This document shows, in pieces, positions 31,768-40,787 of a stretch of DNA of 59,322 nt. The notes beneath the pieces are model-generated. The model was not told the origin of the DNA. It searched no databases and worked only from the letters and a program-made list of their open reading frames with translations. This DNA is from an uncultured Nitrospinota bacterium (GTDB lineage: Bacteria > Nitrospinota > Nitrospinia > Nitrospinales > VA-1): NCBI GenBank assembly GCA_905612265.1, contig CAJQRI010000015.1, positions 1 to 59,322 of the forward strand. The letters run 5' to 3'. The position numbers were made by a program, and so were the translations under genes. Positions within the stretch are counted from its first letter, which is position 1; the number at the start of each line of letters is the position of its first letter.

Positions 31768-34700
31768 CTACTTTCCTGATTCGATCAACTCTACATCAAT
31801 CGCCAAGCTCTGCAGCTCTTTAATCAAAACATTAAAAGACTCAGGAAGGCTTGGGTTTAAATGAGTATCCCCTTTAACTATCGCTTCGTACATTCGCTTA
31901 CGTCCTTCAACATCATCGGATTTAACCGTGAGCATTTCCTGCAAGGTATAAGCGGCACCATAAGCTTCGAGGGCCCAGACCTCCATCTCCCCAAGTCTTT
32001 GACCACCAAACTGCGCCTTACCTCCAAGTGGTTGTTGAGTTACTAGCGAGTATGGCCCGGTTGAACGGGCATGTATCTTGTCATCGACCAGATGATGTAG
32101 TTTGAGCATATACAAATAACCCACCATCACCTTCTGCCTAAAATATTTTCCAGACCTTCCATCATAAAGCGCGATTTCCCCAGATTCAGAGCAACCACCC
32201 TCCCTCAGAAGCTCTCGAACTTCATCCTCATGGGCACCGTCGAAAACAGGCGTAGCCATATGTACACCAACTGCTTTGGCGGCCATACCTAAATTAGTTT
32301 CCAGAATCTGACCCACGTTCATACGCGAGGGCACACCCAGAGGATTAAGGATCAGCTCTATCGGCTTGCCACTTTCCATGTAAGGCATGTCTTCTTCCGG
32401 GACAATTGTAGAAACAACACCCTTATTTCCGTGTCGCCCCGCCATCTTATCGCCCACTTGCAATTTGCGCTTCATAGCCATGAACACCTTGACCATCTTG
32501 ATCACTCCAGGAGCCAGATCATCACCTTTCTTCAGATGAGTTATTTTTTCTTCCAGCATGGATTTCAGCACTTGAATCTGATCCTTAGAGTTTTCCTCCA
32601 TCTCTAGTAATATTTTTTCATCAGCCGCCTTGACTGGGACTTTAGCAAGATCCTTAATGCTCATTTTCGCAATTAAAGCCTCTTCAAACTCCTGGCCTTT
32701 CGTAAAAGTGGCTCGCCCCACTGTCGCAGCTTTTGTTGCCGACTGACCTACGATAAGGGAACGCATAGCCTTTTCAGTTTCACTTTTAACGATCTTTATT
32801 TCATCTCCGAAATCCTTTTCAACGCCCGCAATTTCTTCCTCTTCTATGGCAAGGGATCGAGAGTCTTTATCAATCCCCTTACGGGAAAAGACCTTAACAT
32901 CGATAATCGTTCCCAGTATTCCAGGAGGAACCCTAAGAGAAGTGTCACGCACATCTCCGGCCTTTTCGCCAAAGATTGCCTTGAGAAGTTTTTCTTCCGG
33001 GCTTAGTTGAGTCTCACCTTTCGGTGTGATCTTACCAACCATAATATCATTCGGCTTAACACAGGCACCAATACGGATGATTCCGCTCTCATCCAGATTT
33101 TTCAGAGCGTCTTCACCTACATTAGATATGTCGCGGGTAATCTCCTCTTTACCCTGCTTGGTATCACGAGCTTCCACCTCAAACTCTTCAATATGAATAG
33201 AGGTATACACATCATCTTTAACCAGTTTTTCACTAACAATGATGGCATCTTCAAAGTTGTATCCGCCCCATGGCATGAACGCTACCAGGATATTTCTACC
33301 CAAAGCAAGTTCACCGTGATCGGTGGAAGGTCCATCCGCAAGGACATCGCCACGACTGACCATATCCCCTGAAGACACTCGAGGACGTTGGTTGATGCAA
33401 GTATTCTGGTTCGACCGTTGATACTTACTCAGCGTGTAAATATCCACATTCGAACCCAATTGACTACGCCGGGTCTTAACCCTAGTCGCAGAAATCTTCT
33501 CGGTACGCACAACAATGCGAGCTGCATCAGCACTGATAACCTCACCGTCGTTCATGGCAATTATCATCGCCCCAGAATCATGAGCCACGATTGCTTCCAT
33601 GCCAGTTCCAACCAGAGGCGCTTCGGCCCGCAGAAGAGGAACAGCCTGGCGCTGCATGTTAGAGCCCATCAAAGCCCGATTAGCATCATCGTTTTCAAGA
33701 AAAGGAATCAAAGATGCCGCCACACTAATTAACTGCTTGGGCGATACATCCATATAATCTATTGTTTCGCTGGGAGACAAGATAAAGTCGCCGCCCTTTC
33801 TGGCAGAAACGATAGGTTGGACGAATTTCTTCTTCTCATCCATCTCAACGTTAGCCTGAGCGATTACAAATTTGTCTTCAACCAAAGCAGTGTGGAAATC
33901 AACATCATCTTTAGCTATAGATTTTTCCACCTTTCGATAAGGCGTTTCAATAAACCCGTAATCGTTCACCCGAGCATAAGTACTCAAGGAAGCGATTAGC
34001 CCAATATTCGGACCCTCAGGAGTTTCAATTGGACATATTCGCCCATAATGCGTTGGATGAACATCCCGCACTTCAAATCCCGCTCGCTCTCTGGTTAATC
34101 CTCCCGGCCCTAATGCACTCAAACGCCTTTTGTGTGTTACCTCAGATAAGGGATTAGTTTGATCCATAAACTGCGACAACTGACTACTACCAAAAAATTC
34201 TTTGATTGCGGCAGTCACCGGCTTGGAATTGACCAGATCATGCGGCATTGACACATCCAGATCCTGAATGGACATACGCTCTATGATAGCCCTTTCCATA
34301 CGAACCATTCCCACACGAAACTGATTTTCCAAAGACTCTCCCACAGCCCGAACCCTCCGGTTGCCGAGATGATCAATGTCATCAATGGAACCGATGCCAT
34401 TCCTAAGATCTACAATGCATCTAACCAATTCGACCAAATCTTCCAAGGTCAACAATCGGTTTTCCAGGGAGACATCCAGTCCGAACTTCTGGTTCATCTT
34501 AATCCTACCAACAACAGATAAATTATATCGCTTTGGATTAAAAAACAGATTGCTGAATAGCGACCTGGCAATCTCAGGCGTTGGTGGATCCCCCGGACGC
34601 AACCGCTTATAAACCTCACGAATAGCGTCATCCTGAGTCTGGGTCTTAGCCGCAACCATAGTATCGCGGATCGTGGTGTCGGACGCCTCTTCATCAATAC

Positions 34701-35982
34701 GAAGAATCAGAAACTCACTAAGTTTATTCTTTTTTATAATTTCAATAACACCTTCTGTAATCACCGAATTGTACTCAATCTCTATCTCACCTGTTTCAGG
34801 ATCAATGATTTCATCAAACAAGTAACGGCCAATCAGGCTCTCTTCATCAATCTCGATCTTCACAGACTTACTCATTTTACCCAGCTTCTTAGCAGCAGCC
34901 ACAGAAACCTTCTTTCCCGACTTGAGCAACACATCGTCAGTCTTAGTGTCGATTACATCTTCTTTAACCTTGAATCCAACCATCAGATTCTTACTAGCCA
35001 TGAAGCATCGCCCATCCTTACCAATGGTTATTTTTTCAATTGGGTAATATGTTTTCAGAATAGTCTTACTGTCCATTCCAAAAGCCTGAAGTAAGATAGT
35101 TGCAGGCAATTTTCGACGGCGGTCAATCTTAACGTGAAGAATATCTTTAATATCGAATTCGAAATCTACCCAAGAGCCACGGTCAGGAATTATTCGCGCC
35201 GAGTATAGAATCTTGCCACTGACATGAGATTTGCCCTTATCATGCGAGAAAAACGCACCCGGAGAACGATGCATCTGACTGACGATAACCCGCTCAACCC
35301 CGTTTATCATAAACGTTCCGGTCGGGCCCATCATCGGCATCTCACCGAGGAATATTTTCTGTTCTTTGACTTCCCTAACAGAATTGACTGTAACTTGAGC
35401 AACCTTATGCTCCGCCAAGGTCTTCAGAATTTCATCAGTGACTGGTGTTTTTGCAGCGATAAGGGTTTTCGCGGTTCCAGGACGCTTAACCTCTTCAATA
35501 ATGATTTTACCCTGCAAGTACTTTAAAGTGCGCGCACCAACATCAACCACTTCGCGGTCAAATAGGACCAGCCTGACCATTATTTTTATCGGGTCTGAAT
35601 AGGTAAGGCCTTTTTGCCTGCATTCACTAAGCTTATGCTTTTCTTTATAGGCTACCTCCTGCTTACATGCGATACACACAACAGCCGAGCCGCCGAGCTC
35701 TTTGAACTCACCACAGCCACACTCCCAAATGCCGACCTCATAGCCGACATACTCAATACGAGCATTGATGTTCAGGTCGGAAATTGGAAAAACATCACTA
35801 AAGACTTCTTCCAACCCCCTCATCCCTCGCTCTGAGGGAGGAACATTCCACTGCATGAAATATTCGAATGATTTTTTCTGGATCTCAATCAGATTAGGAA
35901 TATCTATGATCGTAGGAATACGCGCAAAGTTTTTCCTTTTCCTGAAATTGCCCAACGGTCTATGGGAATGGTTCTTCGACAT
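31768..35982 (-). CDS. rpoB: DNA-directed RNA polymerase subunit beta (with lineage-specific N-terminal insertions)
   Basis: 1404 aa with the rifampicin-region motifs [34 protein letters not shown] and [10 protein letters not shown]. The extra Cys4 segment and a second insertion are described in the findings. Confidence 0.99.
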   Translation of the reverse strand: MSKNHSHRPLGNFRKRKNFARIPTIIDIPNLIEIQKKSFEYFMQWNVPPSERGMRGLEEVFSDVFPISDLNINARIEYVGYEVGIWECGCGEFKELGGSAVVCIACKQEVAYKEKHKLSECRQKGLTYSDPIKIMVRLVLFDREVVDVGARTLKYLQGKIIIEEVKRPGTAKTLIAAKTPVTDEILKTLAEHKVAQVTVNSVREVKEQKIFLGEMPMMGPTGTFMINGVERVIVSQMHRSPGAFFSHDKGKSHVSGKILYSARIIPDRGSWVDFEFDIKDILHVKIDRRRKLPATILLQAFGMDSKTILKTYYPIEKITIGKDGRCFMASKNLMVGFKVKEDVIDTKTDDVLLKSGKKVSVAAAKKLGKMSKSVKIEIDEESLIGRYLFDEIIDPETGEIEIEYNSVITEGVIEIIKKNKLSEFLILRIDEEASDTTIRDTMVAAKTQTQDDAIREVYKRLRPGDPPTPEIARSLFSNLFFNPKRYNLSVVGRIKMNQKFGLDVSLENRLLTLEDLVELVRCIVDLRNGIGSIDDIDHLGNRRVRAVGESLENQFRVGMVRMERAIIERMSIQDLDVSMPHDLVNSKPVTAAIKEFFGSSQLSQFMDQTNPLSEVTHKRRLSALGPGGLTRERAGFEVRDVHPTHYGRICPIETPEGPNIGLIASLSTYARVNDYGFIETPYRKVEKSIAKDDVDFHTALVEDKFVIAQANVEMDEKKKFVQPIVSARKGGDFILSPSETIDYMDVSPKQLISVAASLIPFLENDDANRALMGSNMQRQAVPLLRAEAPLVGTGMEAIVAHDSGAMIIAMNDGEVISADAARIVVRTEKISATRVKTRRSQLGSNVDIYTLSKYQRSNQNTCINQRPRVSSGDMVSRGDVLADGPSTDHGELALGRNILVAFMPWGGYNFEDAIIVSEKLVKDDVYTSIHIEEFEVEARDTKQGKEEITRDISNVGEDALKNLDESGIIRIGACVKPNDIMVGKITPKGETQLSPEEKLLKAIFGEKAGDVRDTSLRVPPGILGTIIDVKVFSRKGIDKDSRSLAIEEEEIAGVEKDFGDEIKIVKSETEKAMRSLIVGQSATKAATVGRATFTKGQEFEEALIAKMSIKDLAKVPVKAADEKILLEMEENSKDQIQVLKSMLEEKITHLKKGDDLAPGVIKMVKVFMAMKRKLQVGDKMAGRHGNKGVVSTIVPEEDMPYMESGKPIELILNPLGVPSRMNVGQILETNLGMAAKAVGVHMATPVFDGAHEDEVRELLREGGCSESGEIALYDGRSGKYFRQKVMVGYLYMLKLHHLVDDKIHARSTGPYSLVTQQPLGGKAQFGGQRLGEMEVWALEAYGAAYTLQEMLTVKSDDVEGRKRMYEAIVKGDTHLNPSLPESFNVLIKELQSLAIDVELIESGK

Positions 35983-36062
35983 AAGGTTACATCCTTCTAA
36001 TAGAAAGATTAACGGAAAGTTCGCCTGTTAAAGCGTAGTTAAGTTACTATCTCGAGCTTCCG

Positions 36063-36440
36063 CTACTTAACCTCCACAGAACCACCAGCCTCTTCTACCT
36101 TCTTCTTGATTTCTTCAGCTTCTTCTTTTTTCACGCCTTCCTTAATAGCCTTGGGTGCCGCTTCAACCAAATCCTTTGCATCCTTCAAGCCCAAGCCTGT
36201 AATAGTTCGGACTTCCTTGATAACCTGGATTTTCTTATCGCCAGCAGCAGTAAGAATAACGTCGAATTCTGTTTTTTCTTCAGCAGCAGCTTCGCCGCCT
36301 CCAGCAGGTGCCGCAACTGCAACCGCCGGAGCCGCAGCGGTCACACCATATTTATCTTCTAGTTCTTTTACAAACTCAGACATTTCCAGAACAGTCATGC
36401 TATCTATGAAGGAAACTACCTCATCCTTTGTGACGGCCAT
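36063..36440 (-). CDS. rplL: 50S ribosomal protein L7/L12
   Basis: 125 aa with an Ala/Pro hinge ([25 protein letters not shown]) and a C-terminal domain [24 protein letters not shown]. Confidence 0.98.
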   Translation of the reverse strand: MAVTKDEVVSFIDSMTVLEMSEFVKELEDKYGVTAAAPAVAVAAPAGGGEAAAEEKTEFDVILTAAGDKKIQVIKEVRTITGLGLKDAKDLVEAAPKAIKEGVKKEEAEEIKKKVEEAGGSVEVK

Positions 36441-36522
36441 TACGCCCTCCTTTCAATAATTATGGTATCCAAACCTTGTTTTTATTATGAAAATATGATT
36501 ACAACGACCCCTACAGGCCGGT

Positions 36523-37068
36523 TTATTCAGATTCTTTTTTCTCGCGGACCGCGTCCAGCGTTCCCACTAACTTCCTCAACAAGCTACTGAAAACCCCAGC
36601 AAAATTTGTAGTAGGCCCATTAAAAACTGCCAGCATTTGGGAAACAAGAACTTCCTTGGTAGGTAAGTCCGCAATCGCCTTAACCTGCTCAGCAGAAACC
36701 TTTTTTCCCTCAACTACACCACAAATTACTTTAGGGCTTTTCGGAGCTCCGGACTTTGCAAAATCAGCCAAAGCCTTAGCAGGAGCTACCGCATCATCAA
36801 AACTAACCACCAGAGAAACCGGACCCTTAAACTCCTCATCCAGCATCTCAAAAGGGGTATTTTTCGAGGCTTGCCGAGCCAAGGTATTTTTAATCACACG
36901 AAAGTCCACAGATCTAGACCGCATATGACTCCGCAACAAGGTTAAATCAGGAGCTTCAATTCCCTGATAGTCGGCAAGAACCGCCGCCTTGGCTTTTAGA
37001 AATACCCCGTTTAACTCTTCAACCTTTTTTATCTTTTCTGCGTTTGGCACGTCAGCTACCCCTCTCAT
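36523..37068 (-). CDS. rplJ: 50S ribosomal protein L10
   Basis: The ORF-track TTG at 37086 is unlikely. The ATG at 37068 gives MRGVADVPNAEKIKKVEELNG, and a GTG at 37050 (VPNAEK..., GAGG-type SD upstream) is an alternative. The start is uncertain by about 18 nt either way. Confidence 0.88.
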   Translation of the reverse strand: MRGVADVPNAEKIKKVEELNGVFLKAKAAVLADYQGIEAPDLTLLRSHMRSRSVDFRVIKNTLARQASKNTPFEMLDEEFKGPVSLVVSFDDAVAPAKALADFAKSGAPKSPKVICGVVEGKKVSAEQVKAIADLPTKEVLVSQMLAVFNGPTTNFAGVFSSLLRKLVGTLDAVREKKESE

Positions 37069-37106
37069 TCCAGTCGTTCGCCCCAAAAGGGCGAAAACTT
37101 ATTCAA

Positions 37107-37796
37107 TCAATTGGACGCATAAGCTACCCTAACCCCAACACCCATAGTCGTTGACACCGAAATCCCCCTAACATAATGCCCCTTACTTGAGGCCGGCTTC
37201 GCTTTCACAAGAGCCGTTAATAGGGTTTGAAAATTTTCCTCCAAAGCCTCTACCGAAAAACTAGCCTTACCCAAAGAGGCATGAACAATACCGCTCTTGT
37301 CGACCCGGTAATCAACCTTACCAGCTTGAATAGACTCAATAGCCTGCTTAACATCAAAAGTCACCGTGCCCGTCTTAGGGTTAGGCATCAACCCGCGAGG
37401 ACCTAAAACTTTTCCCAGCTTTCCGACCTGACCCATCATATCAGGAGTGGCTACCACACGATCAAACTCCATCCACCCCCCTTGAATTTTCTCGACCAGG
37501 TCATCACCGCCAACGACTGCAGCGCCAGCATCCTGAGCCTCTTTCTCTTTTTCCCCTTTCGCGAACACCAGAACGCGAAATTTTTTCCCCGTCCCTTTCG
37601 GCAACACTACACTACCGCGGATATTCTGATCAGCTTTCCTAGGATCAACGCTCAGCCGTACAGCAACATCCAGCGACTCGTCAAACTTTTCAGACCTGAC
37701 AGCTGTCGCCAAACTTAAAGCTTCCTTCAATTCATACTTGACATCGGGATCAACGTTCTCCGCGCCCGCTCTATATCTTTTTCCATGCTTTGGCAT
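37107..37796 (-). CDS. rplA: 50S ribosomal protein L1
   Basis: 229 aa: [16 protein letters not shown]...[34 protein letters not shown]. Confidence 0.98.
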   Translation of the reverse strand: MPKHGKRYRAGAENVDPDVKYELKEALSLATAVRSEKFDESLDVAVRLSVDPRKADQNIRGSVVLPKGTGKKFRVLVFAKGEKEKEAQDAGAAVVGGDDLVEKIQGGWMEFDRVVATPDMMGQVGKLGKVLGPRGLMPNPKTGTVTFDVKQAIESIQAGKVDYRVDKSGIVHASLGKASFSVEALEENFQTLLTALVKAKPASSKGHYVRGISVSTTMGVGVRVAYASN

Positions 37797-37820
37797 AATT
37801 ATATCCCTGCTTACTAGCGG

Positions 37821-38249
37821 TTAATTCTCAACTTTCAGACCCATGCTTTTTGCCGAGCCCCTTATAATCTGCATCGCGGCATCAACATCTTCAGCATTCA
37901 AGTCTTCCATTTTAATTTTTGCAATCTCCCGAACCTGCTCCTCGGTCACCCTACCCACAAACTCCTTACTCGGATTCGAAGAACCCTTTGCAATTCCCGC
38001 AGCCTGCTTCAATAAAGCTGAGGCGGGAGGAGATTTTGTGATAAAGGAAAAACTTCTATCCTTATAAACCTCAATGACCACGGGAATTATGCTCCCCTCT
38101 TGACCCTGAGTTTTAGAGTTAAAGGATTTACAGAATTCCATAATGTTCACACCATGCTGACCCAACGCCGGCCCAACGGGCGGTGACGGTGTAGCCTGCC
38201 CAGCAGGAATTTGTAGCTTGATTAGACCCATCACTTCTTTTGTTGCCAC
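37821..38249 (-). CDS. rplK: 50S ribosomal protein L11
   Basis: 142 aa with a GTG start: [36 protein letters not shown]. Confidence 0.98.
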   Translation of the reverse strand: MATKEVMGLIKLQIPAGQATPSPPVGPALGQHGVNIMEFCKSFNSKTQGQEGSIIPVVIEVYKDRSFSFITKSPPASALLKQAAGIAKGSSNPSKEFVGRVTEEQVREIAKIKMEDLNAEDVDAAMQIIRGSAKSMGLKVEN

Positions 38250-38295
38250 AATCTGACCCCTTATTTATCTACTGCCTAATTGACCTAACCACTGA

Positions 38296-38847
38296 TTAAA
38301 CTCGCTCGATCTGGGGAAATTCTAACTCCACCGGAGTGGCGCGCCCAAAAATCGAAACCATGACACGAACCTTACCTTTATCATGATTAACATCCTCAAC
38401 AGTTCCATTAAAGTTTAAGAACGGCCCCTCTATAACCCTCACGCTTTCACCTTGCTCAAAAGAGAATTTCGGCTTAGGCCTTTGAGTCTCGCCTTTAACC
38501 TGATCCATGATCAACTTAACCTCATCCTCCGAAAGAGGTACAGCCTCACCCCCACCACCCAGAAAACCGGTGACCTTTGGAGTATTCTTAATCATGTACC
38601 AAATATCCTTATTCATCTCGACATTGATCAGTATATATCCCGGGAAAAATTTCCTAGAGGAAACCTTTTTCTTGCCCTTACGAACCTCAACCACTTCCTC
38701 GGTAGGTATAACCACCTCACCAAATTTTTCACTGAAGCTGGAATGCCCGAACTGCTCTTCTATACTCAGCTTCACCTTCCGCTCAAAACCGGAATAGGTG
38801 TGAATAACAAACCATTTTTTCAACAAAGCATCTTCTTCAGTCATCAT
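38296..38847 (-). CDS. nusG: Transcription termination/antitermination factor NusG
   Basis: The ORF-track start at 38967 would run 120 nt into secE. The ATG at 38847 overlaps the secE TGA (ATGA) and gives MMTEEDALLKKWFVIHTYSGFERKV, the canonical NusG N-terminus. A KOW domain lies at the C-terminus. Confidence 0.93.
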   Translation of the reverse strand: MMTEEDALLKKWFVIHTYSGFERKVKLSIEEQFGHSSFSEKFGEVVIPTEEVVEVRKGKKKVSSRKFFPGYILINVEMNKDIWYMIKNTPKVTGFLGGGGEAVPLSEDEVKLIMDQVKGETQRPKPKFSFEQGESVRVIEGPFLNFNGTVEDVNHDKGKVRVMVSIFGRATPVELEFPQIERV

Positions 38848-39026
38848 ATAAGACTCTGCACAATCTTCGAGAGAATTGCATCCACAACCCCCAGAAACAA
38901 GGCCATTATCAAAACCACCACAACCACCACGGCGGTGCCACCTAACGCCTCTGCGCGAGTAGGCCAAGTAACTTTCTTAACCTCAGCTCTTACCTCAGCC
39001 AAAAAACCAAAAGCTTTTGTAATCAT
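38844..39026 (-). CDS. secE: Preprotein translocase subunit SecE
   Basis: 60 aa with a single TM helix: FLAEVRAEVKKVTWPTRAEALGGTAVVVVVVLIMALFLGVVD. It sits in the canonical slot between tRNA-Trp and nusG. Confidence 0.95.
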   Translation of the reverse strand: MITKAFGFLAEVRAEVKKVTWPTRAEALGGTAVVVVVVLIMALFLGVVDAILSKIVQSLI

Positions 39027-39047
39027 ATGCCCTCAAACAAGTTTCAA

Positions 39048-39120
39048 CAGGCCAGGAGGGATTCGAACCCCCAACCCTCGGATTTGGAATCCGATGCTCT
39101 ACCGTTAGAGCTACTGACCT
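39048..39120 (-). tRNA. tRNA-Trp (anticodon CCA)
   Basis: Minus strand: AGGTCAGTAGCTCTAACGGTAGAGCATCGGATTCCAAATCCGAGGGTTGGGGGTTCGAATCCCTCCTGGCCTG. The cloverleaf folds by eye with anticodon loop TTCCAAA. No 3' CCA is encoded. Confidence 0.95.
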
Positions 39121-39220
39121 AATTCGGAATCCACGCCAGCTTCAAATAAGGAGATGAGTAGCTCCACCCAACCATCAGAGCATTTAACAAAAAATCTCAC
39201 TCCTAACCGCCCAATTTTCT

Positions 39221-39370
39221 TTACTTAGTTTCCCTATGAGGGGTATGTTTCCTGCAAAATCTACAGTATTTCTTGAATTCCAACCTTTGTGTGGTGGTCT
39301 TCTTATTCTTAGTCCCCGAATAATTCTTCCGATCACAATCGGAACATGCAAACTGAACGATAACTCTCAT
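39221..39370 (-). CDS. rpmG: 50S ribosomal protein L33 (zinc form)
   Basis: Not in the ORF track (49 aa). My minus-strand translation gives MRVIVQFACSDCDRKNYSGTKNKKTTTQRLEFKKYCRFCRKHTPHRETK followed by a stop, with the CxxC...CxxC ligands. Confidence 0.93.
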   Translation of the reverse strand: MRVIVQFACSDCDRKNYSGTKNKKTTTQRLEFKKYCRFCRKHTPHRETK

Positions 39371-39463
39371 AATTATTCACCAAGTCTTTACACCCAGCAA
39401 CCATTGCTCCAGCCGCTGACATTTAAAATCTCTATCAAACCCAGAAGCCACATAGTGGAAATC

Positions 39464-39538
39464 TGGAGCCCACGATCGGGATTGAACCGATGACCTCTTC
39501 CTTACCAAGGAAGTGCTCCACCACTGAGCTACGTGGGC
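39464..39538 (-). tRNA. tRNA-Thr (anticodon GGU)
   Basis: Minus strand: GCCCACGTAGCTCAGTGGTGGAGCACTTCCTTGGTAAGGAAGAGGTCATCGGTTCAATCCCGATCGTGGGCTCCA. The anticodon loop is TTGGTAA and the 3' CCA is encoded. Confidence 0.95.
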
Positions 39539-39567
39539 ATTAAGTACTCATTCACCTAACCATAAGG

Positions 39568-39644
39568 TGGAGCGGGAAACCGGACTCGAACCGGCGACCC
39601 TCAGCTTGGAAGGCTGACGCTCTAGCCAACTGAGCTATTCCCGC
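39568..39644 (-). tRNA. tRNA-Gly (anticodon UCC)
   Basis: Minus strand: GCGGGAATAGCTCAGTTGGCTAGAGCGTCAGCCTTCCAAGCTGAGGGTCGCCGGTTCGAGTCCGGTTTCCCGCTCCA. The anticodon loop is CTTCCAA and the 3' CCA is encoded. Confidence 0.95.
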
Positions 39645-39669
39645 AAGTTCATCCAACCTAAACTCAGGA

Positions 39670-39751
39670 TGGGGAGGGGAGGATTCGAACCTCCGAAGGC
39701 TGAGCCGACAGATTTACAGTCTGTTCCCTTTGGCCGCTCGGGAACCTCCCC
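39670..39751 (-). tRNA. tRNA-Tyr (anticodon GUA, long variable arm)
   Basis: Minus strand: GGGGAGGTTCCCGAGCGGCCAAAGGGAACAGACTGTAAATCTGTCGGCTCAGCCTTCGGAGGTTCGAATCCTCCCCTCCCCA. It is very similar to E. coli tRNA-Tyr as I remember it. No 3' CCA is encoded. Confidence 0.95.
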
Positions 39752-39846
39752 GTCATACTGGTAAACCAACGCGCCATAAAATCGACAACGCCCAACCTAA
39801 ACTCTATCGCGCGGCACTAATTTTCCACAAACCAGTCAACTAAAAC

Positions 39847-39922
39847 TGGAGCTGGCAAAGGGACTCGAACCCCCGACCTGCTGATTACAAATCAGCTGCT
39901 CTACCAACTGAGCTACGCCAGC
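39847..39922 (-). tRNA. tRNA-Thr (anticodon UGU)
   Basis: Minus strand: GCTGGCGTAGCTCAGTTGGTAGAGCAGCTGATTTGTAATCAGCAGGTCGGGGGTTCGAGTCCCTTTGCCAGCTCCA. The anticodon loop is TTTGTAA and the 3' CCA is encoded. Confidence 0.95.
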
Positions 39923-39943
39923 TCAGCAAATAAAAAACCCCCG

Positions 39944-39972
39944 ATATTACACTTTGACTTCCAAAGTTTCAA
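39944..39972 (-). promoter_or_regulatory. Strong sigma70-type promoter of the tRNA/rpmG/secE-nusG unit
   Basis: The minus strand reads TTGAAA, a 17-nt spacer, TAATAT, then a GC-rich discriminator CGGGGG. It ends about 20 nt upstream of the first tRNA, and AT-rich (UP-like) sequence lies upstream. This is typical stable-RNA promoter architecture. Confidence 0.65.
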
Positions 39973-40219
39973 TATAAATTGGAGGCTTTCAAATATTTCG
40001 TTCAGATTAACAGGATGTATTGCCGCGAATGGGTGATATATATAACGCACTATAGCACGGCTGATTATCTTTTAATAGAAAAATATATCGCCCTTGCCAT
40101 CAATAAGCGGAGAATTTTAACACCGAAAATACTCAAACACCAGATTTATTTCCTTTTTGTCCAAATAACCCAAAAAAAATCTATTCCCGACCACCAAGCC
40201 CCCTAAAAACCATCTATTT

Positions 40220-40690
40220 TTAAAACTGGTTTCTGCCAGAGCCCTGCCGAGCTATTTTTTTCCTGCGTTTCTTGGGGAGTTTCTCTAAATACTCCTTATC
40301 CTTCAAATCTTCAGTCACTTGAAGCTTGGTTTTACAAAAATGCGCCGTATAGCGAAAATTATAATAGTCAACCGAGTTCTGCGCATCCTGAAAAGAAGCA
40401 ATATAGGGTACGATTAAAGGAAAAGACACTAAATAAACCCATGCCTTACGGGTTTCGCCCGTATACCATTGCCCACCACCAGGAATCAATGAATACAGCA
40501 TGGCAATATCCCGATCGAAATATTCATATTCTTGATCGCAACCCTCGCTAATGAGCTCTTCCATCTCCGACTCCATAGCTGGGGTGATACGCTTAAAAAG
40601 CAGGGGCGATTTACCCCCACCCTTGATCCCGCAGGCAGAAAGAAAAAACACCATTCCAACCACCCAAATGATTTTAATCAATCCCGGCAT
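40220..40690 (-). CDS. Putative lipoprotein, unknown function
   Basis: 156 aa with a signal peptide and lipobox (VVGMVFFLSAC-G). A SLIPGGGQWYTGETRKAW segment resembles short membrane-associated PG-GQ-Y motifs. The C-terminus is basic (KKRRKKIARQ). Confidence 0.6.
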   Translation of the reverse strand: MPGLIKIIWVVGMVFFLSACGIKGGGKSPLLFKRITPAMESEMEELISEGCDQEYEYFDRDIAMLYSLIPGGGQWYTGETRKAWVYLVSFPLIVPYIASFQDAQNSVDYYNFRYTAHFCKTKLQVTEDLKDKEYLEKLPKKRRKKIARQGSGRNQF

Positions 40691-40787
40691 ACGCTTCCAA
40701 ACTAAATAGTTCTTTTTATATCAATGGATTATACGGAAATACCTATTCCGCGTCAAGCTTTGGCTGTGGGCAATCGTAATAGGAGGA

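Noticed and set aside
38848-38967. Cys/Gly-rich 40-residue N-terminal extension of the nusG ORF (MAYSRRGVRWHRRGGCGGFDNGLVSGGCGCNS...), which could be read as a novel metal-binding NusG domain
   Set aside because: It lies entirely inside the secE coding sequence in another frame. The canonical NusG N-terminus begins at the ATG that overlaps the secE stop (ATGA), so the extension is a frame-shadow artefact.
39923-40219. Possible genomic island or integrase target next to the five-tRNA cluster, including ORF 39979-40206
   Set aside because: There is no integrase, no direct repeat of a tRNA 3' end and no mobile genes. The ORF is AT-rich, lacks an SD and overlaps the promoter region of the tRNA operon.
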